DNA of 64,000 nt from Paraphysomonas bandaiensis. Its lineage: Eukaryota > Protista > Chrysophyceae. Positions within the stretch are counted from its first letter, which is position 1. Every line of letters starts with the position of its first letter. Below are positions 24,477-36,396 of the stretch, piece by piece. The notes below the pieces were generated by a model. That model made no database searches. It was not told where the DNA came from and saw only the letters and a program-made list of their open reading frames with translations. The position numbers and the translations under genes were made by a program. Location: assembly GCA_965644295.1 (NCBI GenBank), contig CBFFRP010000324.1, positions 186,001 through 250,000 on the forward strand, given 5' to 3'.

Positions 24477-24655
24477 ATATTGTCACAACACTCTTTTATG
24501 TACTTTTATGCCTGTATGTACTACAGCACTGCCTGGATATACACAGTGAGATATAGTCGACATAAGTGTATGCGGTATGAGTGTATGTATGTGCAGATCA
24601 TTCATAGGAAACAATCACACATCCTTAACAGCAAACATTCATACTTTTCAACACT

Positions 24656-25226
24656 ATGGCAATCGGATGGTATGAAAGATGTACAGGCTATAACTGGCAG
24701 AGAGCTGCTGATATATCCGGACAAGTGGCTACAGGTAACAGCCGTTAGATCATATGCAGTGGTGTGGTGATCATATGGTTGAATATACAGTATGCTGTAT
24801 CGGGTTTGCAATCATCAACTGGATATTCAAATACAATATTGGAATAGGCGTTTATACGTTTTTTATTGGTCTCATTATGACCATATGGGAAATGCCGTTC
24901 CTGTATGCATGTATCGGTCCGGTGAGTGGAATATGCGTCACCATTTGTGTCATAACATCAAGACAATGCAGTGCACTAAATTATATCAAGCCTTCCAGGA
25001 GAAGCTGTATTTTAAGAAACCCATTGTACGAACAATTTTGTATATCGGATTGTCTATTGTTACCTTCATTCGAGAAACACCATGCATTGGCGCTGGTATG
25101 CTTCTTCTAGTTGCTGCCATTTTTAATGTGCTTGCTCAAATGAATCAAATATCGGATGCTGCAGATGAAGAGGCTGCCTCAAGAAGGAGCTCTAACAAGG
25201 CTAGCCTTGTAGGCAACACTGTATGA
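24656..25226 (+). CDS. TVP18 / calcium channel Flower-like small multi-pass membrane protein (3 exons)
   Basis: Spliced product MAIGWYERC...GVYTFFIGLIMTIWEMPFLYACIGP|CTKLYQAFQEKLYFKKPIVRTILYIGLS has the E.P and R..LY hallmarks of the TVP18/Cg6151 family. Confidence 0.65.
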
Positions 25227-25726
25227 GCAGATGAGATCGCCAAAATATTACAACCGTGAAATTCTTTTTTAGTGTATGAAGTTTTGAATCTACTTACTAT
25301 TGATAACCATATGCCTGTTAAGTTCTGCCGTGGCGGCGTGGTATTGCAAGTTTCTAGTTACATATACTTTTACAAAGAGGCAGGAAGAAATTGTGTCCAT
25401 TAAATCGAATTGTAAATTATATACAATAATTTTTCCCATTTTACAAAATAATTAGAATAAAATACATATCACTTTGGGACTAGAGAAGGTCATTAGCATT
25501 ATTTCTGGGAATGCGAAAGAATTGTAATTGTAATCCTTATCTGTCTATTGTATATGTACACATGTACACCAACCACCTTCACATTGCTTACAACAGTTAC
25601 TGAATTATCATTCTTAGTGACTTGGTTCACCATTTTCTAATTTATATGTACTATAATATTCTCTGCCCTACGATGGCAAATACAGTCCAACATAAAGTTT
25701 CACCCTATTAACCAGCTCCAAGCCCA

Positions 25727-27135
25727 ATGTCTCTATTGAGACCGTGGCTGAGTCACATCAGTGTGCCCAGGGCCATTTACACTCCCTTACTGCTGCATTT
25801 TGTTGACCACCACGCTTCCGACAAATTACCTGTCACACCATGTTGTACACGCTCCAAGCCCCCCTGCCTGGCCTTGCAACCTTCACCCTACTCAACTACT
25901 TCAGTTAAACAACGTGCCTGCACCAATGCAGCGCTGACCGCATGCATATGCTATCACCTAAGGAGACACCTTCGTCTCCTACACGGTTCTCTACGGATAC
26001 AACCACTTACAGCATGGCTCGTGCGAGCAGATCCACGCAAACGGCCCCCATGTACCTTCTCTGCAACCCCTGTCTCCTCTCGACACCTCTCCACTGCACA
26101 ACAGGGCCGTCTCCTGACGACAACCCAGCCCAACCCAACATGGTTTGTCTGTGGTCCATCCACCCAGCAGCCTACCCCCTCACCCTGTTCACCTATCACC
26201 CCCACAGCCCATCCATCTCATTGGATAGACACTGTATTCCGCATACGGTATACTCGACTACTGTACTACTGTGTCCTACAGGATGTATACCATTCCGTGT
26301 ATACCTCTACTGCTGTTGGACACATCACCATGTCCATGTACCTGTATACCTGTACTGTTGGACACATCACCAGCTCTCTCTCTCTGTCCAACACACTCAT
26401 AACACCACTGCAGTGTCATACACACACACAGTACACTCTACCTCCTCCTAGAAAACCCCCAGACAAACTATCGCCTCTCCCTTCGTCTCTGATACCTTGC
26501 CGTCATCTTCCTTCCACACACTCTCTATGCCTCAGCCTGTACCCCCCTGCACCAACACAGACACTAACAAGAGCAGCTGAGGACGTCCGAGTGTCTCCTC
26601 CAGACCATCATCATCATCACGATCATCTCGTGCATAGGTCTATCAGAGTACTCGACCTCAGTGACTCTTGTTCTGTTGCGCAGTCTCACTCTCCTCAATC
26701 AGATGTTGCCTCTCTTGCACCATCACACTCCCTCTCGACTCCCTGTAGCTGGACACACCGGATGACCCTCACATCCCACCCCTGTACAGCTATACACCCT
26801 CTTGCATGTGTTCTCTACCGCTGGCTAAGACAGCAAAAGAGCCGATTTCGACGCTTCTTCACAGTAGGCCATAACCTTTTGCAAGACCTTCATCCACATA
26901 CCTCCGAGCCACTTGGAACAATGCCTAAAGGAAGGCCACCAGATCGCCAATCTCAGAAGGGCATATTACTGTTTCCCCTAACTGCCATAAGGCTAATAAG
27001 TCAGTCCCCGTGAGGTACAAAAGGCTATCTATCATATAGCGAGTGGAGTCTCATCCCAAGAGGAGACCTCCAGATCACACGCGCCGGTGAGTCCCAGGAC
27101 ACACGATCATGGCGAGCCTCATAACACACACTAAG
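25727..27135 (+). other. C-rich, strand-skewed 1.4-kb segment, probably the decayed body of a mobile element
   Basis: Composition differs sharply from flanks. It has an internal duplication of about 30 bp (ctgttggacacatcacca), recurring xPPD-coding motifs, and runs directly into the dispersed repeat at 27136. Confidence 0.45.
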
Positions 27136-27320
27136 AACGGAAGTGGTTGCACCTTGGTGCTTGCGGCGACGCACAAGCAGCTTCTGTAGCGTTAAATAGT
27201 AGGATAAAAGAGTTTGTATTGATTAGTTACGGGTAGTAGTCTAACTAGTATGACTAGCATTCTTCTAGCCACTAATTGGTGCAGGCTTTCAACGCCTATT
27301 GCTAAATAATCAGACATTCA
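27136..27320 (+). repeat. Dispersed repeat family X, copy 1
   Basis: gaacggaagtggttgcaccttggtgcttgcggcgacgcacaagcagcttctgtagcgttaaatagtaggata...acgcctattgctaaataatcagacattc. Confidence 0.85.
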
Positions 27321-27489
27321 ATATATGTACTATACGCACGTCTGATCTATTTACATTGTTTTAATAGCGCAATGTGTAACCTGTCGGAGGGAAGGCTTAA
27401 ACACTCCCACTCAATATACAATGTACCTCACCATTATCGGATGAGCAACCACCACTTAAATTCCGATGCACACAGTACATAGTAGCATA

Positions 27490-27980
27490 GTAGTAGCGAA
27501 TGTCTTATTATTAGAAATAGGCGTGTAGAGTCAGAACTAATGTAGCATTGTAATTTAACTAACTAGTGCTTAACTCCTCAACTGATATTGTTGATTTCTG
27601 CAATATGATGTATGTGATATTATATATTGTGCAATTGGAGTGAGTTAATAGTGTGCAATAGGTGAAGTCAACTCATAGGTGTAACGGGTGATTATAGGTA
27701 CAAAGGAATTAAATTCAGTTACTGATGTGTGACTATACAAGATATAGAACTGACTGATGAACATATGATAAACAGTAAACAGATGTTACTGAGTATATGT
27801 AGTGAAGTACTTAAGGACAGTGAGCAAAAGTGGTTGAACCTCGGTGCTTATGGTGACGCACAAGCAGCTTTTGTAGCGCCAAGTGGTATGATATCAGAGT
27901 TAAGCACTAGTTAGTTAAATTCTTTTGCTACACTTTCTGAGTCTTACACGCCCATTGCTAATAATCATATTAGCTACTAG
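27490..27980. repeat. Family X inverted pair (minus copy 27490-27576, plus copy about 27697-27980)
   Basis: tagtagcgaatgtc...actagtgcttaactc mirrors gagttaagcactagttagttaaat...tagctactag. Confidence 0.85.
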
Positions 27981-28253
27981 GGACGAGACAATTCAACCAA
28001 TCTGACTTGATTCAATAAAAATATACACTTTTTGTAGGAATACGACTTGTTGATTCATAATATGTAGATATGCTACTATCATTCGGCATGACTTACTAAG
28101 ATATAGGTTATAGATCAATTAACACAGAGTGGAAATGTTACCAACGCTATAACTTTCATAGTACAAATGGGATCAACTGAAAGCTGAAAACATCATAATA
28201 TCAATTACTATCTAATACTATGGCTTTTTATTGCTGCCTATTTTTCAGTTCAG

Positions 28254-31200
28254 CTATTCCAATGAAGGGTACTCCAAACGCTCCTTTGCCACCAACAACG
28301 AATCAATATTCCAAAAGGCTTCGTCTGTACCAGTACCGGACTTAAATAATTCGTCTGCATTTTCTGCGAAATCAGAGGGCACACAGTGTCGGTGAGCATC
28401 GGAGCATATCATCATCAATACCGCTCGCCTAGTGTCCTGGTTGAATAGCCATTCATCCGCTGCACTCAGAAGCCCTTCACATGTCATATTTCTCAGTTCA
28501 TGTATCAACTGAACACAAAACAATTATATATAATACATAAGGCTGAGTTGCTTAAGCACCTGTTGTCTGTAATCGAGTGGCACACCGTATATTAATCTGC
28601 TCCAGTTAGTGGATGCTTCCGTAATATAAGAAGACGGAGGCTCTTCAAGATTAGAAACCAATATTCCCGTTCTTTTGCGAAGCTGAATTCACATTACTAA
28701 TAGAGCGCATGATACACGTTGCATCATATACCTCATCATTAGTCATGTCGGAAAACAAACATCTCTGTGTGGCTAAATATTTTCCCAATGCACTCTGAGC
28801 ATATGTCAACCCTTTCCATACGAATAACGCTATAATACCTTCAGAAAATGGGGGTGATATTTATTGGAGAGAATACGAACAGTTAGGCCGCTGGTTTTGT
28901 ACACCCCTCTGCAATGCGAATAAGATAATACCAGAGTTTATAGCCACTCCTATTTACCTGCCATATCTGGTGTCTGTTAAAGACACAATATATCCCAGCT
29001 GTTGCTTTGTTCTTAACGTCGTGAAGGTAGGCTCCTTCAGTAACTGATGTATGACCATAACTGTTGCATCAATCCGTGGATTCGAAACTTTACTGCCAGC
29101 CTGATTGTATCAAAGTTAGAACGTTATTGAGCTACACAACTACACTTAAATAATAGCTGTTCTCACCTGAAAGTGACAAACGAGAGCAGAGTTCTTGTCA
29201 CTCGGATTCATAGCTTCGAACATAAAACTGGAATCTACACCGGCAGGAGCTAAGCGTGCACGCTGAGTATTGACGGTATCGTTGCTTGAGTACTCAGTGG
29301 ACTCATTGTCAGGCCAAACTGATGCCATCAAATCCATGCTGATTTCACGTGCTTTCGATGCATTAAAATCTCCATGAGAGTATGTGACAAATCTATCTAC
29401 AGATCCAAACATTTGTTTCGTATGCACAGCAAGCGATTCAATAGACAGCGTCTCTGCGTAGGAAATTTTTTGAGGTGCTAGCCATACGTAGTCTTGAAGA
29501 TAGTATCTAAGCAGGTCTTCACAAATAGAATCTGGACGTCCCTTGGTCCCTGCATACAATACTTACCAACGTGTCTTGGTTGAGCTACTAAAACCACTGA
29601 CATGACTTTAAAGACCGAATATACTTCTCCCGAACAACTTCAAAGAGTGAAGAATTTTTACATGAGGACCTGGGGTCAAAGTACTTTACCTGTCCAACCA
29701 CATCCTGTATTAGAATGGGCAGTTCATGTGAATATCCACAGCATGTAATCTCAATACCCCTAACAGAACTAAGTAATCGCGTTGAAGTATAGTATAATAA
29801 CGTACCGATGAGACCAACTGACACTGTTGTGTAATCCTGCAATGGTCGCAGGATAGAATACGGTAGCCGTGAGCTGAGAAAATAACCGTTGAGAAAGCGT
29901 ACTCGCCACAGTGTCTCGACAGGTGGGTTTAGTAAATGGTGGTTCTAGGAGAATATAAAATGCAGAACGGGGATGGCGAAATATTATATCTTCCGTCCAC
30001 CAACATACACCTCGACTCCCATGTAAATCTAACTCAACCGGAATGTTTCTCAAAATTCGAGATCTACTTATGTCACTGGAGTCCGAAGGCCTGCATTCTA
30101 TCCATACAACCATTTCGTCACCTATATAGAGTCCGCAGAGTACGGCCTACCTGCATCAACAAGTGACCGAGGTGTGTATTTGTTCGGGTTGGGTATATGC
30201 GTGTGCTGGTCTAGACTCGGATTTTTATTGGACCAGCGCAATATGGCTTCCTCATCAGTATGCTCGTGAAAATAATGCACGCCATACCTGTTCAAGTGAG
30301 CGGCTTTCATCATCCTTGCAACAAAGCACAAATCAAACGTAAAGCATACTCACCATGGCTCAACGCGATTCGCACAGATGTTGAACTTCGCATCTGGGAT
30401 GCAAACTAATTGTGGTCGGTCCTTGTGCGGAAGTACATCATCGTCGGATATCCATGAAAACTCCTACACTCAGTTGGTAAGTCAATCATCGGCGGACAAT
30501 CAATCGCAACACACCTTGCTGGACAGTATACAGACTTCGTTCCCAGGTATCATACGCGACAGAAAATTTCTTAGCAGTGATATATCCATATGCTCGTCGT
30601 GGATATAGTTACAGCTTATTACATGTTCCTGACGAATATCCGTAAGACGATCTAATAACAACATGCCACCAATGGGTCCATACCTTCGGATATCGCAGTG
30701 TGCGTTCGGCGATACTAGCTGCTAATTCCCTTGAAGGACCCTTCATTTTGAACCTAAAGTTAACTGCGTCACACAGGCGCTCTTCTTCCCACACGGCAGC
30801 TATCTGTTCGTCGGTCATCTACGAACTGGTCAGAAAACATAAAAATTCAAAGGATACCTCACCGTTTGCATGGTACGTATATACGAATATATAGCCTCGA
30901 CAACCTCCTTCCAACGACCCAAACCTTCAGGAGAGAGAGAAATCGATACCTGCACCACGATCACAAAAACTTTGTGCAGCACACGCACATACTTGGAATA
31001 TAGTAAATTCTTTAAAAGTTGTTCGAGTTCCTGCGGAGAGGGCAGTAATCCAGCCTTTGTTCTGTTAAAATAACTTAAGCAGAAAAACAAAACTATAAGA
31101 TATATCATGCCTGCAAGTATTCAAAAGTGCTTCCTTCACCCTCATGGCCTAACAAATGCCCAAGAAAACGGCATGGATTACTGCGATAATAGATCCTGAG

Positions 31201-32390
31201 AAATACATTGTAAAAGAAGTTGCAAGATATTAAATGACGAATGTACCGGGTTGGAGGTAGCCCCCACATAATATTGAGCTGGTTAATATCTTTAACCGGG
31301 TTAATATAAACAGTTATTCCTCCTTGCTTAAACGGGTAGACGTTCGTGTCAGCCTGCCCGATAGTGTTGTCAGATGTATTGTACTTTTCCTCCTTAGAGG
31401 TAGGATTCGTTTGATGTGGGATAGCAGAAAACATTTCTTCAGCTAGGCCCTTCAGTTCACAGAGTGATTGAGGACCGATAAGAGCTACTGCCATCATCTC
31501 ACTGCGGTACCACTTGAAATAAAATTCTTTCATTGCTTTCGCAGTACTTGGACTGTTAACGTCAGCATCACCAGAGGCTAAGGTAAATATATTTCCAGTA
31601 GAGTACTTAGAGTAAGTGGACGATTCAACTATAAGAGATTTAAGTATTTGTAGCGTTCTTCGTCCGTCATTTGTGCGATTCTTGGAGTCCTAAAATATTT
31701 CTGTTCAATGATTCATGGAGTCACAAAACATGTTCCAACCTCTGCATCAACAGCTCTAACTTCGCGCGATGCTGAATTTTCACACAAAAGTGGATTCCTA
31801 AAGAACTGACTGAATATATCCAGCGCCTCGGCAAACTTCGCGCTATTAACATCAAATTTATACACTGTAGATTCCATGCTTGTCGAAGCGTTGCTCGTAC
31901 CACCATTCTTGCTAAGGAAATTCTTGTAGTAGTTTTCTTCAGGATACTTTTCAGTTCCCATGAACAGCATGTGCTACAGTAACGTTTAGATGGATATACA
32001 TTGCTATAAACATTAATCGATTTCAATATAGAAAGTTTCATGCAACACAGCTAGTACCTCTGTAAAATGTGCCAGTCCCGGATACTCCTGGGGGTCAGCA
32101 GATGCACCTACATCCACTGCAAGAGCACAACTAGACCGTTCCAGAGTAGGGTCATGTATTAATGTCGCAACCATTCCATTCTGTAGAGTCACTTGCCCGT
32201 ACTCTCTATCGTCAAATTCAGGGGATTCAATAGACTGTATCGCCTGGGACATGGGTGGTATAGAAGATAAATTCCGATTAATACAAACGTTCGAATTGAA
32301 AGAGTGATGGCGGTGTTGGTTATGGTGGAGTGTATCTTGTAGTAGTCTTCTAGTTCTAACAATACGCCCACTGAGACGCTTTATTAGCAT
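28254..32390 (-). CDS. IDE: Insulysin/pitrilysin-family M16A zinc metallopeptidase (many exons)
   Basis: DDREY, GLAHFTE|HMLFMGTEKYPEENYY (HxxEH), LGHLLGHEGEGS and EPTFTTLRTKQQLGYIV motifs. First ATG at 32390 gives an Arg-rich N-terminal extension. Confidence 0.9.
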
Positions 32391-33134
32391 GTGATCCACT
32401 ACTTGACATCATGTGAAGTTAACATACTCAACTTTCATCTCGGACTTCACTCACTTTGATAACAATATATAGGATTTTATCTTCCAAAAATACGACATAA
32501 AAACATAAGATTTTTTGGACAAATCAATGAAACTACTGTATATGTAATTTAGTCTTTAATTCCTTTTTTTTAATATTTTGAGCACAAATTCAAGGCTCTC
32601 TAAAAAACGAGGCTTTTTTCCCTTAACGAAACACATATACCAACAATGTCCACTGGTCCAAATAATCCAACCATGTGGACTTATAGGAGTATAATCCAGA
32701 AAAATATTCAAATTAAAACAATTACCATTCAATCAAAATTCTATCAATCAAAAGTGCTACAAAATGATAGTAGCTGTATCGGCGATTATAGTTAATACTG
32801 GTGGATATCTAGACAAGAAAGTGTACCTGTTCTATATAGAAAAAGGGACGCAAATGTGGCCACGTTTTTTGGATAAACAAAACCAAGCGTATACCGGTAT
32901 ACCGTATATACAGGTCATACAAATACAGCCTATTATACCACACTCTCTTGTAGATAAAAATAAAACCGCTAAACGGTGCAGAGTATAGCGTATATATATG
33001 TACACACACAGCCATAACATACTACAGCCTCGTGCCCCTGTTTCGCTCAACTGTGATATTATTAGGCTTAACGTGCCTTTAAAAAGGATTATGGAATTCG
33101 TACATTGATAGAGAATCATTAAACTATTGTTACT

Positions 33135-34256
33135 ATGCCACAAAAGAGCAAACTCTCACGACCGGATCAACTAACGGCACATTTTGATAGGGACTGGGCA
33201 ACTCAGAAGAGCCATATTCGAAGTGTTCGGACAGAGCGTATGAATTACTCTCCAACATATTCGTGGGATGCTAAAAGTGACAACCCTGTAAGCTTTTCAA
33301 AGTTAAATGCTGATCAGCTTCCAACCCAACCGTGCAGACCGTGTACACTGTCCGGTAATAGGGTGATTGAACTCGAAACTCCAGGCGGTATGGCTGTACT
33401 TAATGTTACTGAACGACCTATGCCACGTTCACAGCTCCCACTTTCTGCTCATCAAGTTGATGCTGGTATGACTGGCAATGATTTAAGTGGTACCATTCCA
33501 ATGGTGTCCCAAGCTAGTGCAGAGGGAAAGACCATTGTAATGAAAAAGAATTATGCGTATAGTAACTACGATGTACATCCCCCTCAATTTGTTGCTGAGG
33601 AAATTCCCCAATTTTATATGGAAGCTGGTAAAAATGGCGATCAGAAGCTCCTTACCCCAGCACAACGTCGTAAGATGATGGAAATTGATGCCCAGCAGCG
33701 TGAGGCGAAAGGGCACTTGAAACAAGCCGTCAGTGAACGCCAAAAGCTTAAGGATTCCCTCGTTGGGCCAGTATATCATCGAGGTGTATTGATGTATGAC
33801 AGTAATGACAACAAGGACTCGGAAGTGTACGCTCTCAAAGCTCGGACCTTTGAGCAGAAACAAGAGAAAGCTAAGAAAACTGCGGCCCAGCGCCAAGAAG
33901 CTTTACGTAAATGCGGAAGTTCATTGGCGACAGGAGATTTCAGTAATTTAGTTCCTGAAACCGCCCCACAGTATGATATATTTCAATCTAAGAAGTCTGT
34001 GCCGGGTCGTCTATCTTATGAAGAAACTCAGCATCGAATATTTCAAAAGCCAGACGAAAGGTCTGCCCGACCAGAACGGACGCAGCGGCTGAGGAACGAG
34101 GATTTACTCGGGAAGAACTACAACATCATTTCTAACACACAGGTGACTCACTGGCCGTCTTCCATTCCTGAAGTGAAGGATCACCGTATGGCGCACCCTT
34201 CGCAGAATAGTCTCTCGGGAACGAGAAACATGCAGGGATCCCTGCGACTAGGTTAA
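33135..34256 (+). CDS. Hypothetical protein, 373 aa
   Basis: Intronless ORF with coding-like composition and a C-terminal GKNYNIISN motif. No family confidently recognised. Confidence 0.75.
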   Translation: MPQKSKLSRPDQLTAHFDRDWATQKSHIRSVRTERMNYSPTYSWDAKSDNPVSFSKLNADQLPTQPCRPCTLSGNRVIELETPGGMAVLNVTERPMPRSQLPLSAHQVDAGMTGNDLSGTIPMVSQASAEGKTIVMKKNYAYSNYDVHPPQFVAEEIPQFYMEAGKNGDQKLLTPAQRRKMMEIDAQQREAKGHLKQAVSERQKLKDSLVGPVYHRGVLMYDSNDNKDSEVYALKARTFEQKQEKAKKTAAQRQEALRKCGSSLATGDFSNLVPETAPQYDIFQSKKSVPGRLSYEETQHRIFQKPDERSARPERTQRLRNEDLLGKNYNIISNTQVTHWPSSIPEVKDHRMAHPSQNSLSGTRNMQGSLRLG

Positions 34257-34890
34257 TATTACTGAGTTTTTGGATGGTATCTATTGTGTTTTATGGAAGT
34301 AAGTTTGGTATGTAGTACTGTATCTAATAAGGAAGTTATTTTCTGTGCTAATCTTTCTAAACTTTATGTGTAATATGAAATACAAGTATTCGAGCGTTCA
34401 GTTTTGGGGTAGGAAAGTGTTGAAAGTCGTCATATACACATACACACAGCATACAAGCTCTCCAATAATACAACTAACCCGATAAACCTCATCTACGATC
34501 TGTAGCGAATTCAGTGCTACACACAAGAAAGTACCCAACACCTAACATAGAGAACATACCATGATCCAAGGACTCGCTAAAACACCAAATTTTCCTCTGA
34601 GATCACCATGGTCTAATATCGTTCACCACTGAACAAATCCGAGCAAAAAACGCTTAGACACTAGCTAGTAGGTTAAATAGCTAGATTCAACTATAAGTTA
34701 AACAACTTACACATCCTAATTAATATCTACCAACAGACAAAAATTTCTACTTTGCAATGTAATGCAACATAGTATATTATTCTATATTTACAAAGTAATA
34801 AAAACAAATCAAAGTATGGCAAAATCGACTGAACTAATATCAATGGCAGCTATATTACATCAAACACGTAGGGTTATATGCAGAACACAA

Positions 34891-35811
34891 TTAGCTGTAA
34901 GAAACATCAGTAATTGGCACCCAACTCAGCTTCCGCTTAACAAATTTTCCATTTCGTCTTTCCCTCTTCGCTGTTGCTTCCTGTCTGGCATCCCGGCGAC
35001 CGCTAGCAATACGAGCATCCCTTTTTTTCCGCCACCGGGCAATGGCCAGAGAGCGGTTAGCCTTGGTCGCCCTCTCCACAGGTCCACCATGCTGACTGTA
35101 GCGTGATGAGGGAGATACACGGCTTTTCGCATGGTGACTGTATTGTTGTCGTTCCATTGACGTGCAATATTTACCCACGGCAAAACTACCGTCTGCCGGG
35201 TTCCACAACTTAATATCCTGCTCTTCTTCAGGGGCAGATTTTACAATACTTTCACCTTGACAATCAACTGGGTTGTATTTCACCTCCTTCTCCTTGTATA
35301 AGTTGCTACTATCCAAGTCTTCTGACGCTATATCAGCTATGATTTCAGCGAAAATTAAACTGTCCGTGTCAGACATACTGTCTGAGTGAGAAAGTTGAAC
35401 CGTATGGGATTGTGGCTCATCAACGATTTTACCAGTTATACTGAGATCACACATATGGGCTACTTTAGATTCGTATTCATCACTTATACATTCAGCCTGA
35501 GCAATCTCTGGAAAGAAATCAGGGCCAATAAATGGGATAGAAGAGTGGGATTGAAGCACATCAGGCGACACTTCCGCCATATTCCACCACGATTCTGCAT
35601 CATCATCGCATACGGTCACATTCTCTGCCTCTATGTATTGCACCGTATAATTCGTATCATTTCCGGCATTATCACTGATTAATCGACACTCTACTGTGGG
35701 AACAGGCATTGCTGCTGCATAGGGGATGTGTGACGCTGAGTCCATAGAGTTTACAGGGATTGATGAAACCGGATATTCAGAGCATGAATACAGAGGTTTC
35801 GATAACGACAT
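34891..35811 (-). CDS. CCT-motif protein
   Basis: C-terminal RSLAIARWRKKR...ARQEATAKRERRNGKFVK is a CCT motif, preceded by an acidic region. Likely start MSLSKPL at 35811. Confidence 0.8.
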   Translation of the reverse strand: MSLSKPLYSCSEYPVSSIPVNSMDSASHIPYAAAMPVPTVECRLISDNAGNDTNYTVQYIEAENVTVCDDDAESWWNMAEVSPDVLQSHSSIPFIGPDFFPEIAQAECISDEYESKVAHMCDLSITGKIVDEPQSHTVQLSHSDSMSDTDSLIFAEIIADIASEDLDSSNLYKEKEVKYNPVDCQGESIVKSAPEEEQDIKLWNPADGSFAVGKYCTSMERQQYSHHAKSRVSPSSRYSQHGGPVERATKANRSLAIARWRKKRDARIASGRRDARQEATAKRERRNGKFVKRKLSWVPITDVSYS

Positions 35812-35822
35812 TTTATAGTATG

Positions 35823-35854
35823 GAAGAACAAGAAGAAGAAGAAGAAGAAGAAGA
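35823..35854. repeat. (AAG)n microsatellite just upstream of the CCT gene start
   Basis: Direct reading; it explains the poly-Leu in the ORF-track extension. Confidence 0.9.
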
Positions 35855-36396
35855 AATATATTATAATTAGATGACTTGATATCGTCCTTCAACAAGTACA
35901 TGAACTAGCTCTTAATACATACCCCTCTACATCATAGAGGTACCATAGCTATAGATACATACACCAAAGGCTTCTGTACTCTGTACAAATACGCATCTTC
36001 ACATGAAGGTAAAAAAACTCACCAGAAGCAATATCCTGGAAAATGCTGAAAAATACATGGACTACCCAGAATACAGTGCTAATACGTTTTCGTTTTTCTG
36101 ATGATGATGTTTTTCCTCAAGCAACTCCATTAAAAGCCTATTTTTTCCTACACTCCTCCGATTTTGTATTTTGTAATAGAGCTTCATATACAGCAGTGTG
36201 CAGCAGTATCATGTATTCGTTGTGGGGTTTTGTGACTGCCTCAAATAAACACACTCGCATCAGTTATCTGATTGATGTATATGTATATCTAGAGCCCTGG
36301 TTAACAACATCTGGCCCGTGATATCTCATGGTATGGCCCCCTGGTGTCATTGAGAGTTAAGGAATCTGTTGCATCTCATCAGGAGTTCTTATTAAA

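Noticed and set aside
25727-27013. 428-aa ORF as a genuine host gene
   Set aside because: No domain recognised, and C-rich skew suppresses stop codons, so a long frame can arise without coding selection.
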